DNA of 53,371 nucleotides from an uncultured Pseudomonadales bacterium (GTDB lineage Bacteria; Patescibacteriota; Microgenomatia; UBA1400; UBA12108): NCBI GenBank assembly GCA_964655755.1, contig CAZZNJ010000002.1, positions 1 to 53,371 of the forward strand, read 5' to 3'. Shown piece by piece: positions 45,246 to 53,371 of this stretch (position 1 is its first letter; each line of letters starts with the position of its first letter). The notes under the pieces were generated by a model. It saw only the letters and a program-made list of their open reading frames with translations, ran no database searches and was not told where the DNA came from. The position numbers and the translations under genes were made by a program.

Positions 45246-45581
45246 TTACTGTCCTGCTCCAAAGGCGGTGGTAGCCAAGTCTGAAACAATATTAGTTAAT
45301 ACAAATGCGCCTAGTACTATTGCCAGTCCAATTCCTGAGTAGAGGATAGTTTTCTTGGATCGCTCTAGTGTCTCTGGATTACCAGAGCTAGTAATATATC
45401 CGACTCCGCCCCAAACAAAGAATCCGGCAGCAACAAGTCCAGCCAATGTAACAAGTACTTGAATAATGCTTTTGATAAACGTCTCGATTTTGGTGACATC
45501 TGCAGAGGCCGCATAAGTAGGTGTAGCAAGAAGTAGAAAAGAAAGAGAAAGTGTTGCTAGGGTGATAAGTTTTTTGTTCAT
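45246..45581 (-). CDS. VirB2/TrbC-like pilin
   Basis: 111 aa. Signal peptide ending TYAAS, two hydrophobic helices separated by YITSSGNPETLERSKKTI. Strong SD AAGGAGG. Confidence 0.65.
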   Translation of the reverse strand: MNKKLITLATLSLSFLLLATPTYAASADVTKIETFIKSIIQVLVTLAGLVAAGFFVWGGVGYITSSGNPETLERSKKTILYSGIGLAIVLGAFVLTNIVSDLATTAFGAGQ

Positions 45582-45629
45582 AGACCTGACCTCCTTAAAT
45601 TATTAAACGAGGGCAGGTTGCTAGTTTAC

Positions 45630-45654
45630 AAAAAACGCCCCAACCAGATGGGGC
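45630..45654 (-). terminator. Rho-independent terminator after the ABC permease gene
   Basis: On the minus strand: GCCCCAtctggtTGGGGC followed by GTTTTTT. Confidence 0.75.
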
Positions 45655-45730
45655 AGCTCTTATAAACTAGCTCAAATTATACCCATCCAGAGGGGAAAGT
45701 CAACAGATGATTAATATAGGGTTTATCAGC

Positions 45731-47704
45731 TTACTCGTAGCGTAGTGCGTTAAGAGCAGAAATCTTGGTGGCGCGCTTGGCCGGGAAGTAGCCAGTGGCA
45801 ATTCCGACTAACATTGACAAGAAAATGACGGCAATCACAAATATTCCCGGAACATAAGAAATATCAACAAAACCCACTCCTTTGACAATAGAAAGTGCAG
45901 ACAGGACAATCGACAAAATCTTACCCACCACTAAACCTAAGATTAACCCCAAAATTCCGCCGTACAGACCCATGATCATTGACTCTGTTAGAAAGAGTGA
46001 TTTAACTTCCTCTGATTTCATTCCCATCGCTTTCATGAGTCCCACCTCCCGAGTTCGCTCCAAGAGCGAAACTGTTAGGGTGTTAAACATCCCCAGCGCC
46101 GCAACAGATAAGGCTACCATCCCAAGCACTGACAAAATCAAGCGGAAATTAGCAAACAAATTGTCAATCTGAGCCACCGTGTCTGCTACCGAAACCGTAC
46201 CATAACCCGCTGACTCAATCGTATTTCGCACCTTAGACAAGTTGCTCTTATCATCCACAATCACTTTGGTTTGGGAAAATTTATTAACTCCCATTGATCT
46301 GACATCAATAAACGGTACATAGATTATTGGCGTACCCTCATCTGGAATTACTCCCACAATTTCATATTCTAAGGGAGCTGATTCAATGCGTTTATTAGGA
46401 TCATCCAACAGCTCTCCCACCACCACCATCGAGAGATCAATTTTTTTGCCAATCGCTTCATTCTCAGCGATATTTAGAAGTTGCAAAACTGAGCGGTTGA
46501 CCACGATTTGTTTTTTCTCATCGCTTTTAACTTCGACTTGCTCGATATTTTGGTTACTAGCCGTAGCCGACTCACTGGCAATTTCAACAACTGGTAGTGA
46601 GCCATCATCCTCGGTGCTTACTCCCAAAACTTGACTCACCATCTCTTTTGGCTCTACTGTCATTGACAGTTCTGCCACATATCCTTCTGCCTGAGTTTGG
46701 GCGTTATCATCATCTCTTGCCACCAGATACTCGCCATCTTCACAGTCGCCTGATTCCTCAGTGTTACAGGCAACTTTATCCCACAATAAGTAATCTGACT
46801 TTACCCACTTACCAAGTGGCTCTCCATCTTCTGTCTCACCTAAACTCCCTGATTCACTGTTCGACTCATAACTCTCCCCCCAAACTTCTACGCCTTCAAC
46901 TTTTCCTTCCACTCGTTTGGTGTAGCCAATAATCGGAGAAGAGGTATTTGGTTCTTTCCTAACTTTAAGGAAAGTTCCTTGAGAAATCGAGATAGTGACC
47001 TCGCCAATTTCTTCGCCAACTTCTTTGGCAACGGAAGAGACACCTAAAACTGGAGGCAAGTTAGAGGTATCAAAACTAATCATATTGCTCTCAAAGAGTT
47101 TGCCTTTCACCGGTTGTAAAGCTGAGTAGCGCAAGTAATCAGCCGTAGCTCCATAAACGGCTAGATCAGAAACGGAGTTTTGATAAGAAACTCTCCCTAC
47201 CACTGCAATTAATGGGAGGGCGTCTTTAACATCGGCAATTTGCTTAAATCGGGCAAGAGTTTCATCAGTTAGACTTAAGTCTGCCGATAATCCCGGCACA
47301 ACTTCGGCTTGCTTTAATTCATCAAGGCGAGCAACCCTGGAGATCACTAGCTGTTGCAAACCATAACCAACAGAAACCAAAAATACAATAAAAGAAATCC
47401 CAATCGCCATCCCGCCAATCGTCACTATCGTGCGGGTCTTCTTGGCTGCCATGTTTTTAAAAGATATCTCGATTAAATACAATCTGGAAACACCACTTTT
47501 GTCAGCTTTGTCTAGCGACTTTACCTTGCTACTTAACTTATCCGAGATTGGTTTAAGTCGAGCCCACTTTTTAGCCAGTTTGGCTACAAACAAGGTCAAG
47601 GAATAAAGAATCGTCAACACCACAAAACTACTAATCTCATAGATTGAACGCATGAGCGACTTGAGTATTGGTTGATCGTGTTTTTTAAACTTAAATATTT
47701 TCAT
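45731..47704 (-). CDS. MacB/FtsX-type ABC transporter permease with a large extracytoplasmic domain containing an SH3b-like insert
   Basis: 657 aa. N-terminal TM segment, ~400-aa external domain (FLKVRKEPNTSSPIIGYTKRVEGKVEGVEVWG...WVKSDYLLW) and a C-terminal FtsX 3-TM bundle. Confidence 0.85.
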   Translation of the reverse strand: MKIFKFKKHDQPILKSLMRSIYEISSFVVLTILYSLTLFVAKLAKKWARLKPISDKLSSKVKSLDKADKSGVSRLYLIEISFKNMAAKKTRTIVTIGGMAIGISFIVFLVSVGYGLQQLVISRVARLDELKQAEVVPGLSADLSLTDETLARFKQIADVKDALPLIAVVGRVSYQNSVSDLAVYGATADYLRYSALQPVKGKLFESNMISFDTSNLPPVLGVSSVAKEVGEEIGEVTISISQGTFLKVRKEPNTSSPIIGYTKRVEGKVEGVEVWGESYESNSESGSLGETEDGEPLGKWVKSDYLLWDKVACNTEESGDCEDGEYLVARDDDNAQTQAEGYVAELSMTVEPKEMVSQVLGVSTEDDGSLPVVEIASESATASNQNIEQVEVKSDEKKQIVVNRSVLQLLNIAENEAIGKKIDLSMVVVGELLDDPNKRIESAPLEYEIVGVIPDEGTPIIYVPFIDVRSMGVNKFSQTKVIVDDKSNLSKVRNTIESAGYGTVSVADTVAQIDNLFANFRLILSVLGMVALSVAALGMFNTLTVSLLERTREVGLMKAMGMKSEEVKSLFLTESMIMGLYGGILGLILGLVVGKILSIVLSALSIVKGVGFVDISYVPGIFVIAVIFLSMLVGIATGYFPAKRATKISALNALRYE

Positions 47705-47706
47705 GA

Positions 47707-48483
47707 CTATTCTTTTTTCGTATCCGGCATGACTGAGGCCATTAATTTTTTAAACCCGCCAATTTTGCCTGCTAGCTCATGGTCGTGGGCTTGCCCGACA
47801 ATTTTACCGTCAAACATAATTAGTGATCGAGAAGCAAACGACATATACTCCAAATCATGAGTTACCATAATTACGGTTCTGCCCTCGCTGTTAAGTTTTT
47901 TCAGTAGCTCCATCAGTTCTTGACCTGACTTAAAGTCTAAGTTACCGGTTGGCTCATCGGCAATAATAATCTGGGGGTTAGTAACAACTGCGCGGGCTAG
48001 TGCAACCTTCTGCTGCTGCCCACTAGAAAGCTCTGTGGGGATATAGTCCTGCCAATTATCCATCCCAACCATCTGCAGTACCGCGAGTGCCTTTTTCTTA
48101 GCCTCCTCATTAGTTTGGCCATTAATCCTGAGGGCAAACATAATGTTTTCTAACACAGTTAAAGCCTTAATCCAGTTAGGCTGTTGATAGACCATCCCCA
48201 CGTCCTTTTTGCGAATTTCCGTTCGCTCATCCTCACTCATTCCTTGATAAAGCTGATGCCCTAAAAACTCCACACCCCCGCCGGTTGGCGGCTCGAGTCC
48301 TAGCAAGATATGTAAAAGTGTTGATTTTCCACACCCCGAGGGGCCGGTAATGATAATAAACTCACCACCTTCAACTTTGAGGTTAATGTCTTTTAAGACC
48401 GGCACGCGACTAGCCTTGACTTCAAAGGTTTTGCTCAGGGTGCTCACATTTATGACAGTTTTATGCGTACTAGGTTGGTTCAT
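47707..48483 (-). CDS. ABC transporter ATP-binding protein (MacB/LolD/FtsE type)
   Basis: GPSGCGKST, LSSGQQQKVALARA and IIADEPTGNLD. Confidence 0.95.
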   Translation of the reverse strand: MNQPSTHKTVINVSTLSKTFEVKASRVPVLKDINLKVEGGEFIIITGPSGCGKSTLLHILLGLEPPTGGGVEFLGHQLYQGMSEDERTEIRKKDVGMVYQQPNWIKALTVLENIMFALRINGQTNEEAKKKALAVLQMVGMDNWQDYIPTELSSGQQQKVALARAVVTNPQIIIADEPTGNLDFKSGQELMELLKKLNSEGRTVIMVTHDLEYMSFASRSLIMFDGKIVGQAHDHELAGKIGGFKKLMASVMPDTKKE

Positions 48484-48485
48484 AG

Positions 48486-51400
48486 TTATCTATCCAAGGC
48501 TCCGGTCACAAAGCCAAAGGCTTCGGACAAATTCTTAATTACCAAGTCAAGAGCAGAGCGAGTGGCTTTTGGTGCAATCGTTACCATATCCGTACTATTA
48601 GTGGTATTATCCGTTCCATCTTGAGAAATAGCGCGCAGATGATAGACCTGACTTGGAACTAACCCAGACAAGATCACGGTATGGTTATTAGTTAAATTGC
48701 CGTCAAATTGGGATTTTTGTGAGTAAGTATTGCCTGATCCTTGTCCAAACTCAACTTGGGAGGTGGCTGGCTCATCCGTATCCCAGGTTACAATCAGTTG
48801 CGCCTTAACGTCTCCTGCGGCAAAGCCAACCGGCGGAATGGTACCTCCAATCACCTTTAAGTTAAGAATCTGCGGTGGCCTGGTGTCAGTGGCAGTCGTA
48901 AATCGCTGGACATCACTCACGGCTTCGTTGCCGAGTTTGTCGCGACCCTTAACCACCAACAGATACTTGGTCTGGGCGTTAAGTCCGCGAATGAGCATCG
49001 AGTGGGCGCCTTTTTCCAAAAGTACTTTCACCTCATCTTTAGCTGCTCCTGGATTATCCTCTGGGTAGTAGGTCACAATCGAAGAGACCTCGGTATTAGT
49101 GCTCCAAGTCACACGAATCGTGGTTTGGGCAGCATTAGCCACAGTCTCCAAACGTACTCCCGAAATCTTGGGACGAGGCAGCGTTGTAAAGTCAAGAATG
49201 GTGCCCTCGTACTCAGCGTTTTCCGAGTCAAAAGCATTGATCTTGTAGTAATACTTGGTGCCGTCATCAAGACCTGTTAGTTGGGTGGTATAAGTAGTTT
49301 CGCTAGTTGAGGTGGATATTTCTTTTACTCCGCCAAAGTTAGTAGTGGTGCCATAATAGATCTTGACCTTGGAAGCATCTTTGACGGTGTATTGAATAAT
49401 TCCTGAGGTTAGTCCGACATTTTCTGCTGAAACATCAAATACGGTTGGAGCCGGAGAAGTAGTAAAGCTCTTCTCCTCAGATTCGCCCGTGTTCCCATCT
49501 TCATCTGTCCACTTGGCTTTGTAGTAATAGGTGGTACCAGCAGTTAATCCAGTCAGATTAATCTCGTGATCCGTCACTTGGCTGGAGCTACTTGGCTCCT
49601 CGGTGTTGTACGAGCCACTACTAGTGCCAAAGGCGACTTTGGAGTCAGCGCTACGACTCGTGCTCCAACTAACTTTAGCCTTCTTGGTGGTAATCCCCGA
49701 GGTCGAGGGGCCAGAGGAAAGAGTGGGGGCAGTTGTATATCGCCCAGTAGGGGTAATCGTGACTGCATTAGTGCCGCTTGAAGTAGCGTTAGCCCCATCT
49801 TTGGTATAAATCTTATAGTAATATTGAGTGGAAGCAGGAGTATTATCAACATATGATAGGCCAGTGGTCGTGCCCACCTGGGTGAATGTTGTTCCATCAG
49901 TTGAGCGGTAGACTAAATAGGTCAAGTTACCGGCTCCCTGATAGGTAGGTGCTGTCCAGGTCAGAGTCGCGTACCACTTAGACTCAGATTTAATTGACGA
50001 GTCGGATGCAACCAGGTTACTGACATTGTCTGGATCAGTCGAGTTAAGGGTGAATGTGCCAGAGATATAGTTACTAGGGCTATAGTTATCCGCGTCATCT
50101 ACTGCCACCACATAGACATTATTACTACCCTTGTTAACTCCAGGCAAAGCCGCGGCGCTGACTGTGGTTGCTGTACCGTTATCAACATAGGTGGTAGCGT
50201 TACCAGTTAGAGTTGCGAGTGTTGAAGGAGGAGAAACATTGACCATGTAGTAATAGTTAGTGACACTCTGTCCTACAGTCGCACTCGCCTCAGGCCAAGA
50301 AAGAGCAAAAGAGTTGGAGGTAGAGGAACTTGGCGTTACAGTCACGCTGTCGCTGCCACCAAAGGTAGGTGCGGCTCCACCGTATTCCAGACTACAGGTG
50401 CGGATACTGGCATCCGAGCTGACATTCCCTGCCGCGTCAACTGAGCGGAAATAGACAATGTTACTGCCAGTTGAGATACTCCCGCCATCTTGAGCATCAG
50501 TGAGAGTACGGGAAGTTTCGGAGGTTGGAATATAGTTAGTTACCCCGAGAGTTGACTCAGTGGTAGTTCCTAGCCAGGTGCCGCCCGTAGTATTAATTTG
50601 ATACTGCCAGCCCAACACGCCAGCATTGTCATCCACGGTCGCGGTTGCCCCGCTGGTTGGCCAACTAAAGTTCATGTCAGCTACATTAGCAAAGCTTCCT
50701 CCAGGGCAAGAGACATAAGAGACATTAGTAGGTGGAGTGTTATCAAATCTAAACTGGAACTGTTCGCTTGACCCAGTATAGACGTTTTCGGCGTTATCAA
50801 TCGCCTTAATGTTGAGATAATAGGGGTCACTACCAGTTGTTAGCCAAGTACTCCCTCGATAACTGCTAGTGGCAAAGTCAATGCTAGTGCCTGCCACGAT
50901 AAACTGACAAGTCGATCCAGCAGTAGACACGGGGGAGGTGCCTAATATTCCTTTACTGGTAGCCGGATCTCCGTCCGGGTCAGCTCCTAGGTACAAACAA
51001 TAGCCCTTGAGTCCTACTCCGCCCGCGTTATCTGCTCCGGCTGTCCAGGAGAAATATGGGGCATTATTATTCGTCCAGTCGTTACTGGCCACGGTCGTCC
51101 CGCCATTACTACGGGTAGCGGCAATCGCCGAGGCGTTGGTGGTTGGGCCGGTAGTATCTGTAGTTAGTCCGACACTCAGATTGGTGATTGCTGGAGTATC
51201 AGCGCCACCAAAACCCATGATTGCTTTAATAGCTATCTTTTGGGAGGTCACAGACAAAGCTTGCATTACCGATTGGGTTAGTTCTGCCGCGGTATTAACG
51301 TGAGTAGTGGTGTTACTGGCGGTTGTCCAGGCTCCACCATCCCAGTACTTCCAACTTCCTCCTGACTCACAGGTTGAGCCATCATCCGTACACAGTTGAT

Positions 51401-53105
51401 ACACTACACTGGCGTTACCAGAGGCTGAGACTCCATCATCACTACATGTCCCGCCGGTAATGGTGCCTTCACAAAAACTATCCCAGGATGAGACCGAGGA
51501 GTTAGAGTAAGCCAGGGTGGTGTAAACGCTATAAGTGCCATTTTTTGACAAGGTAAAGTCGTCTAAGATAACAGTCTTGCCGGATTTAACTAACGCCCCG
51601 TAATTGCGGGCCTCATTGGCTCCAGTGACTTGTCCGGTCAGCTTCCACCAGCCACTGCCCATATCGGTATAAGTAGTGGTGACGGTGCCACCGTTGTAAT
51701 AAAGCTGGGCAATAGAGGAAGAAACTGTGCCGCCGACATTTCCGGCCGTATTGTCATACACATAAGTGGAAAGATCATAAGTAGAGGTGTCTCCCACATT
51801 CACTGACTGCACCACTTTAGCATCGGAGATTGTCCCCACAAAAATTTGGTCGCCGCCGGCCGCTCCGCGGCCTAATGAAGAGGAATAAGAGTGATAGAGG
51901 TCTACTGGATCACTGGCGCAGCGAAACCCACCATTGTTGCTCTGACGCGAAGGGGTACCATTCAGATGCAGAGCGAACGCCCCGGCGTTGGACGTATCAT
52001 TCCAATAACCGCCGCGGAGAAAGGCATAAACAGTTGATGAGACTGATTCACTATCATGATAAATCCTACCTACTCCGTAATCGGCATTGTAGGAGCTGTT
52101 GGAGGGTCGCAGTAAGTCATAAGAAAGACTCCCATAACCAGTGAGCGCTGTATATTCTCGCCAGGCAAAGCCAGATTGCCCTGACACATCTGGTTGGTCA
52201 GCGCCTGTAATGGTGTCACTATTCCAATCCCAGACGTTACCGGAAAGATCCCAAATCTCAGATCCATTAGAAAGCGTGAGTTTGGCCTTAGTATCACGGC
52301 CAGTGCCGTAATCTGGGTCAGTCGAGGCGTTGTAGCCAACACTTGTACTCTCACCCACATTTCCTCTAAACATTCCACCCCCTGCGGCCACCGTTGAGCC
52401 TACCGTTCCATTTGCCCAGTTAGCAGTTTGGGCTTCAGCGTTTCTGACAATCGTCATCCATTCAGCATTAGATATGAGATGGTAGCCACTAGGACAAGCA
52501 GAAAGAGCTTGGGTTTGCGTAATATGGACAATCGGTGCACCGTTAGCCGTTGAGACGACATTAGCGCTGTCAAAGGTTAGATCACGATAGTCTAGTCCTG
52601 CTCCAGAATCAGCTGGGGCACTACAGGTAGCAGCCGTATCTCCATCCCCATCAGCGGTACAGTCATATTTAGCCTCATAAGCCATAGCCAGGAAAGCTTT
52701 GTTGCCTCCTCCAGTTGTGTAGGTGCTATTGCCTGGCACTGGGATATATCCGGCTGGGGTAGTAGAACCTGCAATCGGAGTAATTGACCAGGAGGAGTTG
52801 TCAGAAGAAAAATCAGGATTAGTGAGCTTATTCACTCCCGTTACAGGGTGTGCTCCGGAGCCATCTACTGCCACTAAATTACTATCATAAGTATAATTAG
52901 CCGCTTGCCCCACACTGAATGTCCAGGTGTTACTGGTGTCGTTGAGGGCAAAGACACTGGGAAAGACTTGATAGAGTGCTAGATAGATACCGGTTACAAG
53001 GCCGATAGAGGAAACAAAAACAGTAAACAGATTCAGCTGAAATCTGGATAAATGCCAGCGTGGAGAGAAGAAATAGATTTTGAGCCTGTTTAGTAGTTTC
53101 TTCAT
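48486..53105 (-). CDS. Giant membrane-anchored surface protein: FGE-sulfatase (SUMF1/C-type-lectin fold) domain + CBM-like domain + many FN3-like repeats
   Basis: 1539 aa. N-terminal TM segment. ISNAEWMTIVRNAE, GNVWDWNSD, RGGYWND and GGFRCA (FGE-sulfatase fold). Later repeated ~90-100-aa beta modules with YYYK(A/I) signatures. Confidence 0.9.
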   Translation of the reverse strand: MKKLLNRLKIYFFSPRWHLSRFQLNLFTVFVSSIGLVTGIYLALYQVFPSVFALNDTSNTWTFSVGQAANYTYDSNLVAVDGSGAHPVTGVNKLTNPDFSSDNSSWSITPIAGSTTPAGYIPVPGNSTYTTGGGNKAFLAMAYEAKYDCTADGDGDTAATCSAPADSGAGLDYRDLTFDSANVVSTANGAPIVHITQTQALSACPSGYHLISNAEWMTIVRNAEAQTANWANGTVGSTVAAGGGMFRGNVGESTSVGYNASTDPDYGTGRDTKAKLTLSNGSEIWDLSGNVWDWNSDTITGADQPDVSGQSGFAWREYTALTGYGSLSYDLLRPSNSSYNADYGVGRIYHDSESVSSTVYAFLRGGYWNDTSNAGAFALHLNGTPSRQSNNGGFRCASDPVDLYHSYSSSLGRGAAGGDQIFVGTISDAKVVQSVNVGDTSTYDLSTYVYDNTAGNVGGTVSSSIAQLYYNGGTVTTTYTDMGSGWWKLTGQVTGANEARNYGALVKSGKTVILDDFTLSKNGTYSVYTTLAYSNSSVSSWDSFCEGTITGGTCSDDGVSASGNASVVYQLCTDDGSTCESGGSWKYWDGGAWTTASNTTTHVNTAAELTQSVMQALSVTSQKIAIKAIMGFGGADTPAITNLSVGLTTDTTGPTTNASAIAATRSNGGTTVASNDWTNNNAPYFSWTAGADNAGGVGLKGYCLYLGADPDGDPATSKGILGTSPVSTAGSTCQFIVAGTSIDFATSSYRGSTWLTTGSDPYYLNIKAIDNAENVYTGSSEQFQFRFDNTPPTNVSYVSCPGGSFANVADMNFSWPTSGATATVDDNAGVLGWQYQINTTGGTWLGTTTESTLGVTNYIPTSETSRTLTDAQDGGSISTGSNIVYFRSVDAAGNVSSDASIRTCSLEYGGAAPTFGGSDSVTVTPSSSTSNSFALSWPEASATVGQSVTNYYYMVNVSPPSTLATLTGNATTYVDNGTATTVSAAALPGVNKGSNNVYVVAVDDADNYSPSNYISGTFTLNSTDPDNVSNLVASDSSIKSESKWYATLTWTAPTYQGAGNLTYLVYRSTDGTTFTQVGTTTGLSYVDNTPASTQYYYKIYTKDGANATSSGTNAVTITPTGRYTTAPTLSSGPSTSGITTKKAKVSWSTSRSADSKVAFGTSSGSYNTEEPSSSSQVTDHEINLTGLTAGTTYYYKAKWTDEDGNTGESEEKSFTTSPAPTVFDVSAENVGLTSGIIQYTVKDASKVKIYYGTTTNFGGVKEISTSTSETTYTTQLTGLDDGTKYYYKINAFDSENAEYEGTILDFTTLPRPKISGVRLETVANAAQTTIRVTWSTNTEVSSIVTYYPEDNPGAAKDEVKVLLEKGAHSMLIRGLNAQTKYLLVVKGRDKLGNEAVSDVQRFTTATDTRPPQILNLKVIGGTIPPVGFAAGDVKAQLIVTWDTDEPATSQVEFGQGSGNTYSQKSQFDGNLTNNHTVILSGLVPSQVYHLRAISQDGTDNTTNSTDMVTIAPKATRSALDLVIKNLSEAFGFVTGALDR

Positions 53106-53371
53106 GTTAGTTGCTTAGTCTTGTTTAAATTCAGATAATTACGCTTGGTAGTAACTTTCTTGCCACTCTTTGTTTCCAGCTCAAGTCTGGCGTTACCGGC
53201 TACTGCGCCACCTGCTTTAGCGGCTTGTTTATTCTCGCTAAACCCTTGGGCGTTCTTGTTTTTGGCAATCTCGGTAGTAGAGGCTTCTCCCAACATGGAG
53301 AAGATTAGCTCTAAGTCACTCATGTGATCCCTGAGGTTTTCCCGTTTAAGCTTTTTGTGTTTCTTGTATTC
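53102..53371 (-). CDS. BRO-N/DinD-like protein, copy 2 (C-terminal part only; the 5' end lies outside the window)
   Basis: The frame stays open to the window edge: EYKKHKKLKRENLRDHMSDLELIFSMLGEAST... This parallels the copy-1 segment YKKYKGLKKENLRDNMTNLELVLNMLAEAST. Its TGA stop overlaps the ATG of the giant gene (ATGA). Confidence 0.75.
   Translation of the reverse strand, partial: EYKKHKKLKRENLRDHMSDLELIFSMLGEASTTEIAKNKNAQGFSENKQAAKAGGAVAGNARLELETKSGKKVTTKRNYLNLNKTKQLT

Noticed and set aside
1-45581. One large ICE spanning from the tRNA/serine recombinase to the T4SS-like operon.
   Set aside because: About 36 kb of housekeeping and metal-homeostasis genes (Lon, RluB, RpiB, MscL, CopA, Zur regulon) lie between them. 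No relaxase or coupling protein is present, and composition changes several times. The two are more likely independent features.
51900-52060. Possible diversity-generating retroelement variable repeat in the C-type-lectin/FGE-sulfatase fold of the giant protein (RGGYWNDTSNAGAFALHLNGTPSRQSNNGGFRCA resembles DGR VR scaffolds).
   Set aside because: No reverse transcriptase ORF and no second, near-identical template repeat could be found anywhere in the window. The domain is also N-proximal rather than C-terminal. It can only be revisited with the whole genome (search for RT + TR) or population reads showing A-site-linked variability.
48486-53105. CRISPR array or tandem DNA repeats suggested by periodic protein modules.
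   Set aside because: The periodicity is at the protein-domain level (diverged FN3 modules) inside one continuous ORF. No short identical direct repeats with unique spacers occur here or elsewhere in the window.
1-53371. Alternative genetic code (UGA recoding, as in some candidate phyla).
   Set aside because: Conserved genes are full length under the standard code, and TGA functions as a stop (e.g. the ATGA junction at 53102-53105). Nothing suggests recoding.

Overview
Gene-dense bacterial window in the standard genetic code, with long uninterrupted ORFs and TGA used as a stop. The gene content (Gram-positive-type secretion genes, a giant surface protein, many small scavenging enzymes, an RRM protein) resembles an ultra-small Patescibacteria/Saccharibacteria-like or other monoderm genome. 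That taxonomic placement is inference only. From left to right the window contains: (1) The 3' end of a tRNA abutting a large serine recombinase, plus a visibly AT-rich ~3.7 kb islet. The islet carries a membrane protein and an ORF with OspF/SpvC-like phosphothreonine-lyase motifs. (2) A block of hydrolases and housekeeping genes: alpha/beta hydrolases, GIY-YIG, PIG-L, RpiB, an RRM protein, MscL, GNAT. It also holds a cluster of peptidase S51 paralogs with an MFS transporter. (3) A copper-resistance operon: ArsR-YHS regulator, DUF305, CopA, a membrane/cupredoxin fusion and CopZ. (4) A BRO-N/DinD-like gene, aldehyde dehydrogenase, TspO and a Ca-type P-ATPase. (5) A zinc regulon (COG0523 GTPase, Zur, ZIP transporter, His-rich secreted protein) with repeated palindromic operators. 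(6) RluB, Lon, a CaCA exchanger and YggT. (7) An AT-rich defence islet: a GIY-YIG gene flanked by inverted repeats, a PLD/HKD nuclease, an XRE regulator and an OLD-family ATPase-Toprim nuclease. (8) About 13 kb of co-directional minus-strand genes, the most interesting region. It holds a compact Gram-positive-type T4SS-like operon: VirB2-like pilin, a VirB6-like protein carrying a second pilin-like module, a PrgI/VirB3-like protein, a split VirB4 and an M23 hydrolase. No coupling protein or relaxase is visible in the window. Immediately upstream lies an operon encoding a second BRO-N/DinD-like protein, a 1539-aa membrane-anchored FGE-sulfatase/C-type-lectin-fold + FN3 giant protein, and a MacB-type ABC transporter. 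No rRNA genes, CRISPR arrays or transposases were seen. All family assignments come from motifs read by eye and recalled family signatures. No searches were run.
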